Below, one piece after another: positions 40,635-50,415 of a stretch of 64,000 nucleotides of DNA. Numbering within the stretch: position 1 is the first letter of the stretch; every line of letters begins with the position of its first letter. Origin of the DNA: Nitrospiraceae bacterium (lineage in GTDB: Bacteria; Nitrospirota; Nitrospiria; Nitrospirales; Nitrospiraceae); the NCBI GenBank assembly GCA_050246315.1, contig JBFWWG010000009.1, forward strand, positions 64,001 through 128,000. The letters run 5' to 3'. A program made the position numbers and the translations under genes. The notes under the pieces are model-generated. The model ran no database searches, was not told the DNA's origin, and saw only the letters and a list, made by a program, of their open reading frames with translations.

Positions 40635-40653
40635 ATCAATCCATTAAGGAGGG

Positions 40654-41451
40654 ATGATGCGAATCGCCAACGTTGCGCGGCTGGCACTGGTCCTCGTGTT
40701 TCTCGTAATCGGACTCTCCCCTCCGGTGCAAGCGGCCGATCGGGAGAAGCTCCTCTCGGACTCGGGGGTGTTCGCCACATTCGCGGTCTTTTCGGTCGAT
40801 GAGGCCTGGTGGCGGCTGGATCGGGAGGCGCGGACGAAGGTCGGCGAGGAAATCAAAGGAGTGCTCGACAAGCATGGCGAGCAGGTGGTTGCAGACCTGT
40901 ATCTATTGCGGGGCCTGTCCGACCGGGCGGATCTGATGCTGCGCCTGCATTCGACCGAGCTTGCCCGGCATCAGCACGTGGTGCTCGATGTCTTGGCCAC
41001 GTCGCTCGGGCGCTATCTCCATCTCGTCTACACGTTTCACGGGATCACTAAGCCGGCGACCTATGTGCCGGGCTTTTCGGACGAGCTTAAAGCGACGATG
41101 AAGACCCCTCCCGATCCGGGGCCGAAACCCTATGCGATCGTGGTGCCGATCAGAAAAGACGCGGAATGGTGGAACCTGCCGCAGGCGGCGCGGTCGGAGA
41201 TGATGCAGGAACATGCGCAGGTCACGTCACCGTACTTAAAGACCGTGAAGCGCAAACTGTATCATGCGAGCGGTCTTGACGATCTGGACTTCATCACCTA
41301 TTTCGAGACGGCGAGGCTGGACGAGTTTCACAACTTGATCCTGGCACTGGAACGGATCAAGGAGAACCGGCATAACCGGCGGTTCGGCCATCCGACCCTC
41401 TTGGGAACCGTGTGTACGGTCGAGGAGCTCGCGGAGGTCTTTGCGCGATAA
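40654..41451 (+). CDS. cld: periplasmic chlorite dismutase (clade 1 type)
   Basis: signal peptide; PIRKDAEWW, MQEH (proximal His), VKRKLYH (distal Arg), DFITYFET; closely resembles N. defluvii Cld as recalled. Confidence 0.88.
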   Translation: MMRIANVARLALVLVFLVIGLSPPVQAADREKLLSDSGVFATFAVFSVDEAWWRLDREARTKVGEEIKGVLDKHGEQVVADLYLLRGLSDRADLMLRLHSTELARHQHVVLDVLATSLGRYLHLVYTFHGITKPATYVPGFSDELKATMKTPPDPGPKPYAIVVPIRKDAEWWNLPQAARSEMMQEHAQVTSPYLKTVKRKLYHASGLDDLDFITYFETARLDEFHNLILALERIKENRHNRRFGHPTLLGTVCTVEELAEVFAR

Positions 41452-41481
41452 GCCTTGGCAGGCGGAGAGGAGACCGTTTCC

Positions 41482-42111
41482 ATGTTGCCGGAGAAACCGG
41501 CCGTGACCATGTTTCCCGTTCATGAGCTGATTCACAGGCGTTGGAGCCCTCGTGCCTTTGCCGACCGTTCCGTAGACCCTGAGAAGCTCGGCAGTCTGTT
41601 GGAAGCGGCGCGTTGGGCCGCGTCCTCGAACAATGAGCAGCCGTGGCGCTTCATCCTGGCGACCCGCGACTGCTCGAAGGACTTCGCTCGCCTGCTCGGC
41701 TGTCTGAAAGAGTCGAACCAGGTCTGGGCCAAACAGGCCCCCGTGCTCATGCTGTCGGTGGCCAGCCGGACCTTTGCCGATGATGGCGAACCCAACCCCC
41801 ATGCGCTCTATGATGTCGGACAGGCGGTCGCCAGTATGGCGATCCAAGCTACGGCGCTGGGTCTTGTGATCCATCAAATGGCGGGATTCTCCCCGGACAA
41901 GGCGAGGATCGAGTTCGACATTCCCGACGGCTTCGAGGCGGTGACGGCCATTGCCGTTGGCTATCAGGGGGATCCAGCTACGTTGTCGGACCGGCAGCGT
42001 CAGCGCGAGCTGGCGCCTCGCGAGCGAGAGCCGCTGAGCGAGCTGGTCTTCGCCGGACGATGGGGCGAGCCGGCACAGGTGGCGTCCGGAGTCTCTCCGA
42101 TGGTACGGTGA
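41482..42111 (+). CDS. nitroreductase family protein
   Basis: RRWSPRAF, ARWAASSNNEQPWRF, HQMAGF. Confidence 0.9.
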   Translation: MLPEKPAVTMFPVHELIHRRWSPRAFADRSVDPEKLGSLLEAARWAASSNNEQPWRFILATRDCSKDFARLLGCLKESNQVWAKQAPVLMLSVASRTFADDGEPNPHALYDVGQAVASMAIQATALGLVIHQMAGFSPDKARIEFDIPDGFEAVTAIAVGYQGDPATLSDRQRQRELAPREREPLSELVFAGRWGEPAQVASGVSPMVR

Positions 42112-42134
42112 GGATATTCGGGAGTCGATGACAT

Positions 42135-42860
42135 ATGCAGACCTTTCTCGCAGAAGTCGATCGAATCACCGACCTCACGCATGACGTGCGCGAGGTCGAG
42201 TTGCGGCTGCTGGAGCCCGAAGCCATCGATTTTCAACCGGGACAGTTCATCTCCTTTGACATCGTGGTGACGGGCAAGCCTAGGCCGGTGACGAGAGCCT
42301 ATTCGATCGCGTCTCCGCCCAGCCGGCCGAGACAGATTACGCTGCTGTTCAACCGGGTAGATCATGGCCCTGGGTCGAGTTATCTGTTTTCACTCAATGG
42401 GGGAGATCGAGTGCACTTCAAGGGGGCGGCCGGGACTTTCCGTCTGAGGGACGACGGGACACGCGACCTCTTGTTTGTCGCCACGGGTACGGGCATTGCG
42501 CCGCTGCGGGCGATGATCTGGACGAAGTTGGAGCAAGGGAGTCCCTGCGCCATCACGCTCTTTTGGGGCTTGCGGAGCCAGCGGGACCTCTACTATCAGC
42601 AGGAACTGACCGATCTCTCCAAGAGCTTTAGCCGGTTCCGGTACGTGACGACCCTCTCCAAGCCCGAACCGGGCTGGGCCGGCTCGACCGGACGAGTGAC
42701 CGAACTCGTCAGGGAGCAGATTCAATCGGTGTCCAACCTGGCCGTCTATCTGTGCGGCAACGGCGGCATGATCAAGGAAGTGACGGCGGTGCTGAACGCG
42801 AAAGGCCTGTGTCCGATCTATCGCGAAAAGTGGTATGACGAAGAGCCGGATGCGGGTTGA
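42135..42860 (+). CDS. FAD/NAD(P)-binding oxidoreductase (FNR-like)
   Basis: FQPGQF, RAYSIAS, ATGTGIAP, YLCG. Confidence 0.9.
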   Translation: MQTFLAEVDRITDLTHDVREVELRLLEPEAIDFQPGQFISFDIVVTGKPRPVTRAYSIASPPSRPRQITLLFNRVDHGPGSSYLFSLNGGDRVHFKGAAGTFRLRDDGTRDLLFVATGTGIAPLRAMIWTKLEQGSPCAITLFWGLRSQRDLYYQQELTDLSKSFSRFRYVTTLSKPEPGWAGSTGRVTELVREQIQSVSNLAVYLCGNGGMIKEVTAVLNAKGLCPIYREKWYDEEPDAG

Positions 42861-43288
42861 TTCGAGTTACTGTTCCGGTTTTTTCTGCGCAGGATGCCTT
42901 CCAGACTCCGTTTTCGACCACTCGACCATAGTTGGAACCTGTGATTTCCCGTAGCGTGTCATGAGGAGGATCTGTGCGGCCACCCTCTGGATCGTGATGG
43001 ACCGGAGGGTCGATGCGGTCACAAAAGGGGCGCCCTCTGCATGGCCTATCCCATGACCACATCGTGTTTCCGGATAAATACCGTCCGGCGCCGCTCTCAT
43101 CAACCTCACAATTGCCGTGGAGAGAGCAACGGGTTCAAGGTGTCGCTTGATCGCGCTGCCGTGGTGCGTCGGGCGGTGCATCGGGGGGATCAAGGCGCCG
43201 ACGAGGTTATCGAATTGGGACGCTGAATGTCTCGTCGCTCGGAGAGAGTACGACCTCGAACGACCGGCTTGTGAGCAATGGCGATGTT

Positions 43289-43424
43289 CCAACAGGATAC
43301 GAGAAAACCCTCCGCTCATCATTCGATGGCCTCAGAACGAACGGAGCAGTCATTGGATACGCTGGTGTTTTCCGATCGTGCCGAGCCTGCCGAAGCACGC
43401 ACATCGGGTTTCCGCGGCTGCTCG
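43289..43424. mobile_element. diverged inverted copy of the 139-bp MITE
   Basis: aligns end to end with the reverse complement of 20515-20653 (GAAAACCCTCCG, GGAGCAGTCATTG, TTTCCGATCGTG); ends eroded. Confidence 0.8.
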
Positions 43425-43525
43425 GTTTTCTCGTATTGGGCGGTAGAGCCTCCCGCCCGGTGTTCCGGTAGCACGGGAAACGTCCGCTCATTTCCCCCTG
43501 TCGCACGGGCGGTCCCGCGACGACA

Positions 43526-43732
43526 TCAGTGTGTTGGAGCGGAGGAATGGCCAGACTGTTTCCACGGGATCGCATGTTGGAAGACGCACTTCGGGCAGGT
43601 GTAGTGGAGGAATTGTCCGCCGGCGACCAGTCGTTTGCGCATCGACACCTTGCACCAGGTGCAGAGCCGATCGGGCAGCGCCGCCTCGGTGGAAGCCGAG
43701 GCTTGGGATTGTTGAGTCGGCGTTTGTGACAT
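43526..43732 (-). CDS. small zinc-ribbon protein
   Basis: AAGGA SD; CTWC-x16-CPKC. Confidence 0.5.
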   Translation of the reverse strand: MSQTPTQQSQASASTEAALPDRLCTWCKVSMRKRLVAGGQFLHYTCPKCVFQHAIPWKQSGHSSAPTH

Positions 43733-43831
43733 GGACGGTATTGTCCTTGAGCGGTAGGAAGTTTGTCAACGAAGCCGATTCATGATCTCGCTGGACAGAG
43801 CGGCAGGTCTCGCGTACAGTGCCGAGCCATT

Positions 43832-44167
43832 GTGTCACAGACGATCCGAGACATCCTGGACCAACTCCCTGGAAGGCTTGATTCCGAGGCGGCGGAAGGC
43901 GTCACGGCGGTCTATCAGTTTGAATTGAGCGATCCGGGCGGAGGTCGCTATTATCTGGTAATCGACGACGGGACCTGTTCCGTCACGGAGGGGAACCACC
44001 CTGATCCAGACGTGACGTTGGCGATGTCCGGCGCCGATGCCTTGGGGGTGCTGAGCGGCAATCTGTCCGGTCAGGCCATGGCGATGACCGGTCGCCTGAG
44101 TGTCAGCGGCGACATCGGTCTTGCCCTTCAATTGAAATCCCTGTTCCCCTCCGTGAAGACTTCCTGA
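43832..44167 (+). CDS. SCP2 sterol/lipid-binding domain protein
   Basis: YQFELS, PDVTL, MTGRLSVSGD. Confidence 0.85.
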   Translation: MSQTIRDILDQLPGRLDSEAAEGVTAVYQFELSDPGGGRYYLVIDDGTCSVTEGNHPDPDVTLAMSGADALGVLSGNLSGQAMAMTGRLSVSGDIGLALQLKSLFPSVKTS

Positions 44168-44194
44168 GCCATCACGTCTTCTCCACCGGCTCCG

Positions 44195-47100
44195 TTACTC
44201 GATCTCTCCGGCTGGAGCGGGCTGCGCGTCGGGCCGCAGGTCAGGCGGTCGGGCCGTCCCGCCTGCATCCGTCTTCTCGCCGGTCTCCTCCCGCATCGTG
44301 CGCGGGAATCGTTCTTCCAAGATCAGATAGAGCGGCGGGATCAGAAATAGCGTCAGCACCGTCGAGACGCTGAGCCCCCCGATCACGGAACGGGCCAGCG
44401 GCGCGTTGGTCTCTCCGCCCGTGCCCCATCCGAGCGCCATCGGCAACAGGCCGAAGACCGTAGCGAGCGAGGTCATGAGAATCGGCCGGAGCCTGGTGCG
44501 GGCCGCGCGAACCACGGCGTCGCGCAGGGCCATCCCTCGCCGGCGAAGTACGTTGGTATAGTCCACCAGCAGGACGCCGTTCGAGACCACGATTCCGAGC
44601 ATCATGATCACGCCCATGAACGAGGTGGTGGAGATCGTCGTCTTGGTCAGGAACAGCATGAGGATGACGCCGGGAAATCCCATCGGCACGGAAAACATGA
44701 TAATGAAGGGATCGATCAAGGATTTGAACTGCGCCGCCATGACCATGTACACGAGCAGGAGCGCCAGGATCGTCGCGAACCACAGGCCCGCGAACGTTTC
44801 ACGCTGCTGCTGAATCTGTCCCGCCAATCGCACGGTGAAACCCGGCGGCAGTTGAAGCTCGGCGAATCTCTCCTCCAAGGCCTGCGCGATGGCCCCAAGG
44901 TCCTGGTGGATCGGGTTGGCGGTGATGTGGATGACCCGCTGGAAGTATTTGCGCTCGATCTTGACGGGGCCGGCATTAAACCGGATCGAGGCGAGATTCT
45001 TGAGCAGCACCGGCTCCCCCGCCTTGGTGGCCAACAGCACGTTCTCCAGATCGGCGAGGTCTTTGCGATGCCGCTCGTCCAGCCAGGCGCTGATGTAATA
45101 TTCGTTTCCGGTCTCCGGATCGGTGAAGATGATCGGATCCGTCTGGCCGTTGCCGTTGAGGGAATAGAGGACGGTGTTGGCCACGTCGGCTTCGCTGATG
45201 CCGAGCAGCGCCGCCTTCTCACGATCGACGTCGATGTCGAGCTCCGGATAATTCTCTTCGCGGCTGACTTCGATGTCTGCCAGCCACCGCCCGTCGCCGA
45301 TCTCATGCATCATCGACTCGACCTGCTTGATGACCTTTCGCGCTTTCTCGAATTCATAGCCGTAGATCTCGACATCCACCGCCTTCTGCGATCCGAAGCT
45401 CGTCACGCGCTTGACGATGCCGCCCGGGTCGAAGAACATCGCGACGCCCGGAAAGAGCTTGAGCACCTTCGGACGGATGTCGTTCATGATCTGGACCTGC
45501 GAGCGGGCTCGGCGGTCCGGTGAAACGAGATACACCTGAATCAAAGAGGTGTGGGGGCCGGTGTTGGGGTTGAAGAGGGAGGAGCGTCCCTGCTGGAGGA
45601 TGCCGGTGCTGGATACGATCGTTTCCAGCTCGTCGGGCCGGATCTGTTCGCGGAGGACGCGTTCGATTTCTGCAACCTGCTGTTCCGTTTTTTCGACCCG
45701 TTGGCCGACGGGGGCGCGCACGACGATGCGGAACTGGCTTTCATCCGTCACCGAGATGAATTCCGATCCAATGAGCGGGACCAGCAACAGTGACGCGCAG
45801 AAGAAGACCAGCACCGAGAGCAGGACCGGCGTCCGGTGTCGGAGGACCCACAAGAGGCTCGCCTGGTAGCCCGCGTCGAGCGAGTCATACCTGCGCCGGG
45901 ACCAGTCCTTGAATCGTGTCCAGGTCCCCGATTCTTCGCCGCCCTGCGTCCTCTCAGGCTTGAGGAACTTATAGCAGAGGGCGGGCGTGATGGTCCGGGA
46001 GACGAAGAAGGAGGTAAACAGGGAGATTGCGATCGTGACGGTCAGGGGCACGAGCAGCAGTTTGCCGATGCCGACCACGAAAAAGATCGGGAGAAAGACC
46101 ACAACCGTCGTGACGGTCGAGGCGAAGATCGGCATGGCCACTTCGCGGGCGGCTTCAAGGATCGCCATCCACCGATTCGGGGTCGTATTCAAATGCCGTT
46201 GGATGTTCTCCAACTCCACGATCGAATCGTCTACCAGCCGGCCGATGCCCAGGGCGAGTCCGCCGAGCGTAAAAATGTTCAAGGTCTGTCCGGAAAAATA
46301 CATGACGACGAATGTCACCATGATCGAGAGCGGAATGGCCACCGACACGATGAGGGTCGCCGTCAGGTTGCGCAGGAAGACGAGAATGACGGCTGCGGCC
46401 AGGACCGATCCGTGCAACGCCTGCTCGGCCAGGTTCGCGATGGATTGGCGAATATAGACGGACTGGTCGAAGGAAATCCCCAGTTGTACCCCGGGCGGGA
46501 TGCCGATCATCTTCGTCAACTGGGTCCGGAGGCTGTCCACAACCTCGACCGTGTTGGCGATCGGCTGTTTGTTGACGCGCAGATAGACCGCGCGGTTCCC
46601 GTCGGTTCGGACAATATTGGTTTGAATGTCGGAGGAGTCGGTGACGGTCCCCAGGTCCCGCACCCGCACGGGATTGCCGCGGGGGTCGAGCTTGACGATC
46701 ACCTCGTTGATCGGCTCGGCCGATTTGAACTGGTTGTTGGTGAAGACGTTGTAATCCAGGTTGCCGGCTTTCAGATCGCCGGACGGCAGGATCAGGTTCG
46801 ACGCTTTGACGGCGTTGACGACGTCAAGAATCGAAAGCCCTCTCGCGTGGAGCAGGCCCGGATCGAGATTGATGTTGAGTTGGCGGATTTTCCCCCCTTC
46901 GACCGTCGCGGCCGCGACGTTGTTGATTTGCTCGATCTGCGGGGCAATCGTATTGAACGCCAAGTCGTAGAGCGCGCGTTCGTCGAGATTGTCGCTCGAG
47001 ACCGTCACGAACGCGACGGGAATGTTGGAGACGTCGAACTTGACGACGAAGGGTTGGAGCACGCCCGGCGGCAACTGGTTCAGGATCTGTGTGATCCGCT

Positions 47101-47428
47101 GCATGACTTCCATCTGGCCGACGTTGATGTCGGCGCCCCAATTGAACCAGACCTGCACGGCCCCGATGCCGTATTTGGCGAAAGACTCCACGTGCTCGAC
47201 GTTGGAGGCGGAACTGACTGCCTTTTCGATCTGGTAGACGACGCTTTTTTCGATGTCGATCGGAGGCGCGCCCTTATAGACGACGCCCACGAACACGACC
47301 GGCACTTGAATGTTGGGGAACAGATCGACCGGCAGCCGCTGGAGCGACACGACGCCGAGCACGACCATGGCCAGCGAAAGCATCAGAAAACCGATGCGAT
47401 TGCGAAGGGCGAGAAGAGTCAGCCACAT
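44195..47428 (-). CDS. RND efflux transporter permease (AcrB/MdtC family)
   Basis: 1077 aa; LPVDLFP, GRLVDDSIVELENI, RLRPILMT. Confidence 0.95.
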   Translation of the reverse strand: MWLTLLALRNRIGFLMLSLAMVVLGVVSLQRLPVDLFPNIQVPVVFVGVVYKGAPPIDIEKSVVYQIEKAVSSASNVEHVESFAKYGIGAVQVWFNWGADINVGQMEVMQRITQILNQLPPGVLQPFVVKFDVSNIPVAFVTVSSDNLDERALYDLAFNTIAPQIEQINNVAAATVEGGKIRQLNINLDPGLLHARGLSILDVVNAVKASNLILPSGDLKAGNLDYNVFTNNQFKSAEPINEVIVKLDPRGNPVRVRDLGTVTDSSDIQTNIVRTDGNRAVYLRVNKQPIANTVEVVDSLRTQLTKMIGIPPGVQLGISFDQSVYIRQSIANLAEQALHGSVLAAAVILVFLRNLTATLIVSVAIPLSIMVTFVVMYFSGQTLNIFTLGGLALGIGRLVDDSIVELENIQRHLNTTPNRWMAILEAAREVAMPIFASTVTTVVVFLPIFFVVGIGKLLLVPLTVTIAISLFTSFFVSRTITPALCYKFLKPERTQGGEESGTWTRFKDWSRRRYDSLDAGYQASLLWVLRHRTPVLLSVLVFFCASLLLVPLIGSEFISVTDESQFRIVVRAPVGQRVEKTEQQVAEIERVLREQIRPDELETIVSSTGILQQGRSSLFNPNTGPHTSLIQVYLVSPDRRARSQVQIMNDIRPKVLKLFPGVAMFFDPGGIVKRVTSFGSQKAVDVEIYGYEFEKARKVIKQVESMMHEIGDGRWLADIEVSREENYPELDIDVDREKAALLGISEADVANTVLYSLNGNGQTDPIIFTDPETGNEYYISAWLDERHRKDLADLENVLLATKAGEPVLLKNLASIRFNAGPVKIERKYFQRVIHITANPIHQDLGAIAQALEERFAELQLPPGFTVRLAGQIQQQRETFAGLWFATILALLLVYMVMAAQFKSLIDPFIIMFSVPMGFPGVILMLFLTKTTISTTSFMGVIMMLGIVVSNGVLLVDYTNVLRRRGMALRDAVVRAARTRLRPILMTSLATVFGLLPMALGWGTGGETNAPLARSVIGGLSVSTVLTLFLIPPLYLILEERFPRTMREETGEKTDAGGTARPPDLRPDAQPAPAGEIE

Positions 47429-47444
47429 GGGTTAGCCGGAAAAT

Positions 47445-47636
47445 AGTGCTAAGTGCTGAGGACTGAGTGCTGAGTAACGCCCGAAAACAGTGCTGGGTGC
47501 TGGGTTGCGACCCAAGGCAGTGCTGAGTGCTGAGGACTCAGTACTGAGGCCAAGGTCATCCGGAATGTCCCCGTCGGTGATGTGCTCATTCCTTCCGTCC
47601 ACCGACTCGACTCAGCACCGAGCACTCAGGATTCAG
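47445..47636. repeat. inverted heptamer arrays (AGTGCTG / CAGCACT)
   Basis: three AGTGCTG clusters at 47445-47548 and an inverted arm at 47604-47636 overlapping the MFP stop. Confidence 0.85.
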
Positions 47637-48801
47637 AAAGCGGCTGCGCCTGCACCGGCTGGTCCTCGTGGACCAGATCTTTTCCCGAGACGATGACCGC
47701 TTCGTCGCCGGAGAGACCCTTGGTGACTTCGATCCGGTTGCCGTTCCGCGCGCCCAATTCCACCGAGACGCGGTGCGCCTTGCCTCCCTGAACAACGTAA
47801 ACGTACTGCAACTCCTCCAACCTGGTGACGGCGTCGAGCGGGATTTGGATCGCGTCGGCATGCTGTCCCACGATCACCTCCACCCTGGCGAACATGCCGC
47901 CCTTAAGCGCGAGGTCGGGATTGGGGAGGTCCACCTCCACCGTCATCGTGCGGGTATTGCGGTTCAGTGCCTGGACGATGCGGGTCACGGCGCCGTGGAA
48001 CACCCGGTCCGGATAGGCTTCCGCTCTGATTTCTGCCGGCTGGCCGATCTGAATCAACGGCACGTCCTTCTCGACGACTTCGATCATCGTGCGGACGGTC
48101 GCGATCTCGTGCAAACTCAAGATGCCTCGCGACATGGTCGAGGTGCTGGCGGTCGAGCCGGTCACGTAGGCCCCAGGATCGAGGTTGCGTTCGGCGACAT
48201 AGCCCGCGAAAGGAGCACGGATGTAGGAATAGGCCAGGTTGGTGTCCGCCTGCTGCAAGGCTACCTCCATCTGTTTGACCTGCGCCTCCAGCGATTCCAT
48301 CAGCGCGATGGCCGCGTCGTAATTGACCTGGGCCGTGTCCAGGTCCTGCTGGGACACGAATTGATCCGAGATGAGCGCGTTCATGCGATCCAGGGTCAAC
48401 TTGGCATTGTGCACGGCGGCTCGCTGCTGGGTGACCTTGGCTCGTGCGGCGGCCAGGTTGGCCTTAGCCTGGTTGACGGCATGGACATAGTCCGTGTGGT
48501 CGATCTCGATCAACAATTGGTTGGCTTTGACGAAGTCGCCTTTGTCCACGTGTAGCTTGGCGATGTAGCCATCGACGCGGGAAAAGACCTGTACGGTCTG
48601 GTTCGGGGTGATGTCCGCGGTGTAACTCATGCGAAGCTCGACGGCGCCTCTGATCGGAATCGCCGTGCCCACCGTGATCGTGCGGCTTTTTCGGGCGTCC
48701 GGTTTGGCCCCGGTGCTGAGCCGGAACACGACCAGACCCAGGACGGTGACAAAGATGATCACGCCCAGCACGACGATGGGATGGCGGGTGAGGCGGCTCA
48801 C
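47626..48801 (-). CDS. RND efflux periplasmic adaptor (MFP)
   Basis: N-terminal TM, lipoyl halves (VDKGDFVK, IRAPFAG), TRTM, GMFARV. Confidence 0.93.
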   Translation of the reverse strand: MSRLTRHPIVVLGVIIFVTVLGLVVFRLSTGAKPDARKSRTITVGTAIPIRGAVELRMSYTADITPNQTVQVFSRVDGYIAKLHVDKGDFVKANQLLIEIDHTDYVHAVNQAKANLAAARAKVTQQRAAVHNAKLTLDRMNALISDQFVSQQDLDTAQVNYDAAIALMESLEAQVKQMEVALQQADTNLAYSYIRAPFAGYVAERNLDPGAYVTGSTASTSTMSRGILSLHEIATVRTMIEVVEKDVPLIQIGQPAEIRAEAYPDRVFHGAVTRIVQALNRNTRTMTVEVDLPNPDLALKGGMFARVEVIVGQHADAIQIPLDAVTRLEELQYVYVVQGGKAHRVSVELGARNGNRIEVTKGLSGDEAVIVSGKDLVHEDQPVQAQPLSES

Positions 48802-49493
48802 GGGGTAGGAGGCGCGCTCCTTTCAGACGGACTCTTCTGACGGGCAGGCCTGTTGCGCACGAGACCGCCCAAAAACAACCGCACATATTCCTGGACGACC
48901 TCCTCGTGCGTCAGATGCAGCGGAATGCCGAGGATGTCGTGCAGGATCCGGTGGTGCACGATGATGCCGAAGAAGGCCCGGGCGGTCAGTTGAGGATCGA
49001 CGGCACGGAAGGCGCCGTCGGCGATCCGCCGGCTGATGTGTCCAGCCAGGAGATCGTAGAACAGACGGTACTGTTGCCGGAAGAACATCGACGATAATTC
49101 GTGCCCTTCCAGAGCACTGAACAGCAGCAGACGCAGCATCGTGGGGTCCGCCCCTTTGCGGATGCGAAATCCGGCCAACAGGGTGAAGAGGCCCTCGTCG
49201 TCTCGGTCGGCCGAGGCCTTTTCCAGCGCGACGCGCAATTCCGAGTATTGAGCCTTTTCGGCGAGGATGGCGCTGTAGAGGGCCTGCTTGGTCGGGAAGT
49301 GCTTGAAGAGCAGCGCTTCGCTCACGCCGGCCGCCTTGGCGATGTCCTTGGTCGTGGTCCCGCTGAAGCCTTTGGCGGCAAAGAGGCACGCGGCGGCGCC
49401 GATCAAACCTGCCTGCCGGTCTCGCGCCGACGCGCGACCGGTGCCGTTGTCGCGAGCGGTCGACTTGCGAGGCCTTGTGGCGACCCTGCTCAT
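48798..49493 (-). CDS. TetR/AcrR family regulator
   Basis: HTH FAAKGFSGTTTKDIAKAAGVSEALLFKHFPTK. Confidence 0.93.
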   Translation of the reverse strand: MSRVATRPRKSTARDNGTGRASARDRQAGLIGAAACLFAAKGFSGTTTKDIAKAAGVSEALLFKHFPTKQALYSAILAEKAQYSELRVALEKASADRDDEGLFTLLAGFRIRKGADPTMLRLLLFSALEGHELSSMFFRQQYRLFYDLLAGHISRRIADGAFRAVDPQLTARAFFGIIVHHRILHDILGIPLHLTHEEVVQEYVRLFLGGLVRNRPARQKSPSERSAPPTP

Positions 49494-49494
49494 G

Positions 49495-49514
49495 GTAAGT
49501 AAGTGCTCACTCAC
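49495..49514. promoter_or_regulatory. candidate TetR operator
   Basis: pseudo-palindrome GTAAGTAAGTGCTCACTCAC directly upstream of the tetR start. Confidence 0.7.
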
Positions 49515-49746
49515 CCGCGAGCGTATCATGCGCTTCGTTCCAGCGACAAGATCTGAGGATATCCCGGATCGACGTCACGGTGAGACAAGGAACAAGGGCG
49601 GGCGCCTACCTCCGGCTGAGTTGATCGCAAGACCGGCATTGACAGGGACCGAGGCAATCTGTAGTTTTTGCGCCGGTCGCTGGTTGAGACGGCGCAACGT
49701 TGGTCCGTTGACGCTTCAGCCAAAAAGGTCAAACAAGGAGATGCCC

Positions 49747-50337
49747 ATGTCGAGCAGGATGCTCATCGGTTTGATGGTCTGTCTAGTCGCATTGCCGGTC
49801 TCGGCGTTTGCCAAGGATAAGGGGAAAGCGAAGGAGAAAGAACAGAGCGGCTTTACGGTGACGAGTCTCGACATCGTGCCGAACACGAAGATCAGTGTCA
49901 AACACGTCTTCAAGGGATTCGGCTGCGAGGGCGGCAATCTCTCGCCGGCCTTGAGTTGGACTGGGGCGCCGGAGGGGACTAAGAGCTTCGCGATCACGGC
50001 CTACGACCCGGACGCGCCGACCGGCAGCGGCTGGTGGCATTGGGTGGTCTACAATATTCCCGCCGACGTCACCGAGCTCAAGACCGGCGCAGGCAGCGTC
50101 GAGTCGCCGCAACTGCCGCCCGGCGCGGTGCAGGGCAAGACGGATTTCGGGACTGCCGGATATGGAGGTCCTTGTCCCCCGGTCGGCCACGGCAAACATC
50201 GGTACATCTTCACGGTCCACGCGCTCAAGACCGAGAAGCTGGATGTCCCGGCCGATGCCACTGCGGCATTGATTGGGTTCATGATCAACGCCAACCGATT
50301 GGGCAAGGCGACACTGACTGGAATTTACTCGCGGTAA
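49747..50337 (+). CDS. YbhB/YbcL (PEBP) family exported protein
   Basis: GGNLSPAL.W, DPDAPTGSGWWHW, YGGPCPP, HRYIFTV. Confidence 0.93.
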   Translation: MSSRMLIGLMVCLVALPVSAFAKDKGKAKEKEQSGFTVTSLDIVPNTKISVKHVFKGFGCEGGNLSPALSWTGAPEGTKSFAITAYDPDAPTGSGWWHWVVYNIPADVTELKTGAGSVESPQLPPGAVQGKTDFGTAGYGGPCPPVGHGKHRYIFTVHALKTEKLDVPADATAALIGFMINANRLGKATLTGIYSR

Positions 50338-50415
50338 GATCGGTAAGAATTGTCTGCGGCGGGGGGAGGAATATCGCCGGCAAAGCGGCGCAGCAACCGA
50401 CGGATGCGTCCCTGC

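Noticed and set aside
42861..43288. Possible gene or ncRNA in a long intergenic region
   Set aside because: ORFs have no recognisable motifs; only one modest hairpin (CCCTCTGG...CCGGAGGG) and no second copy.
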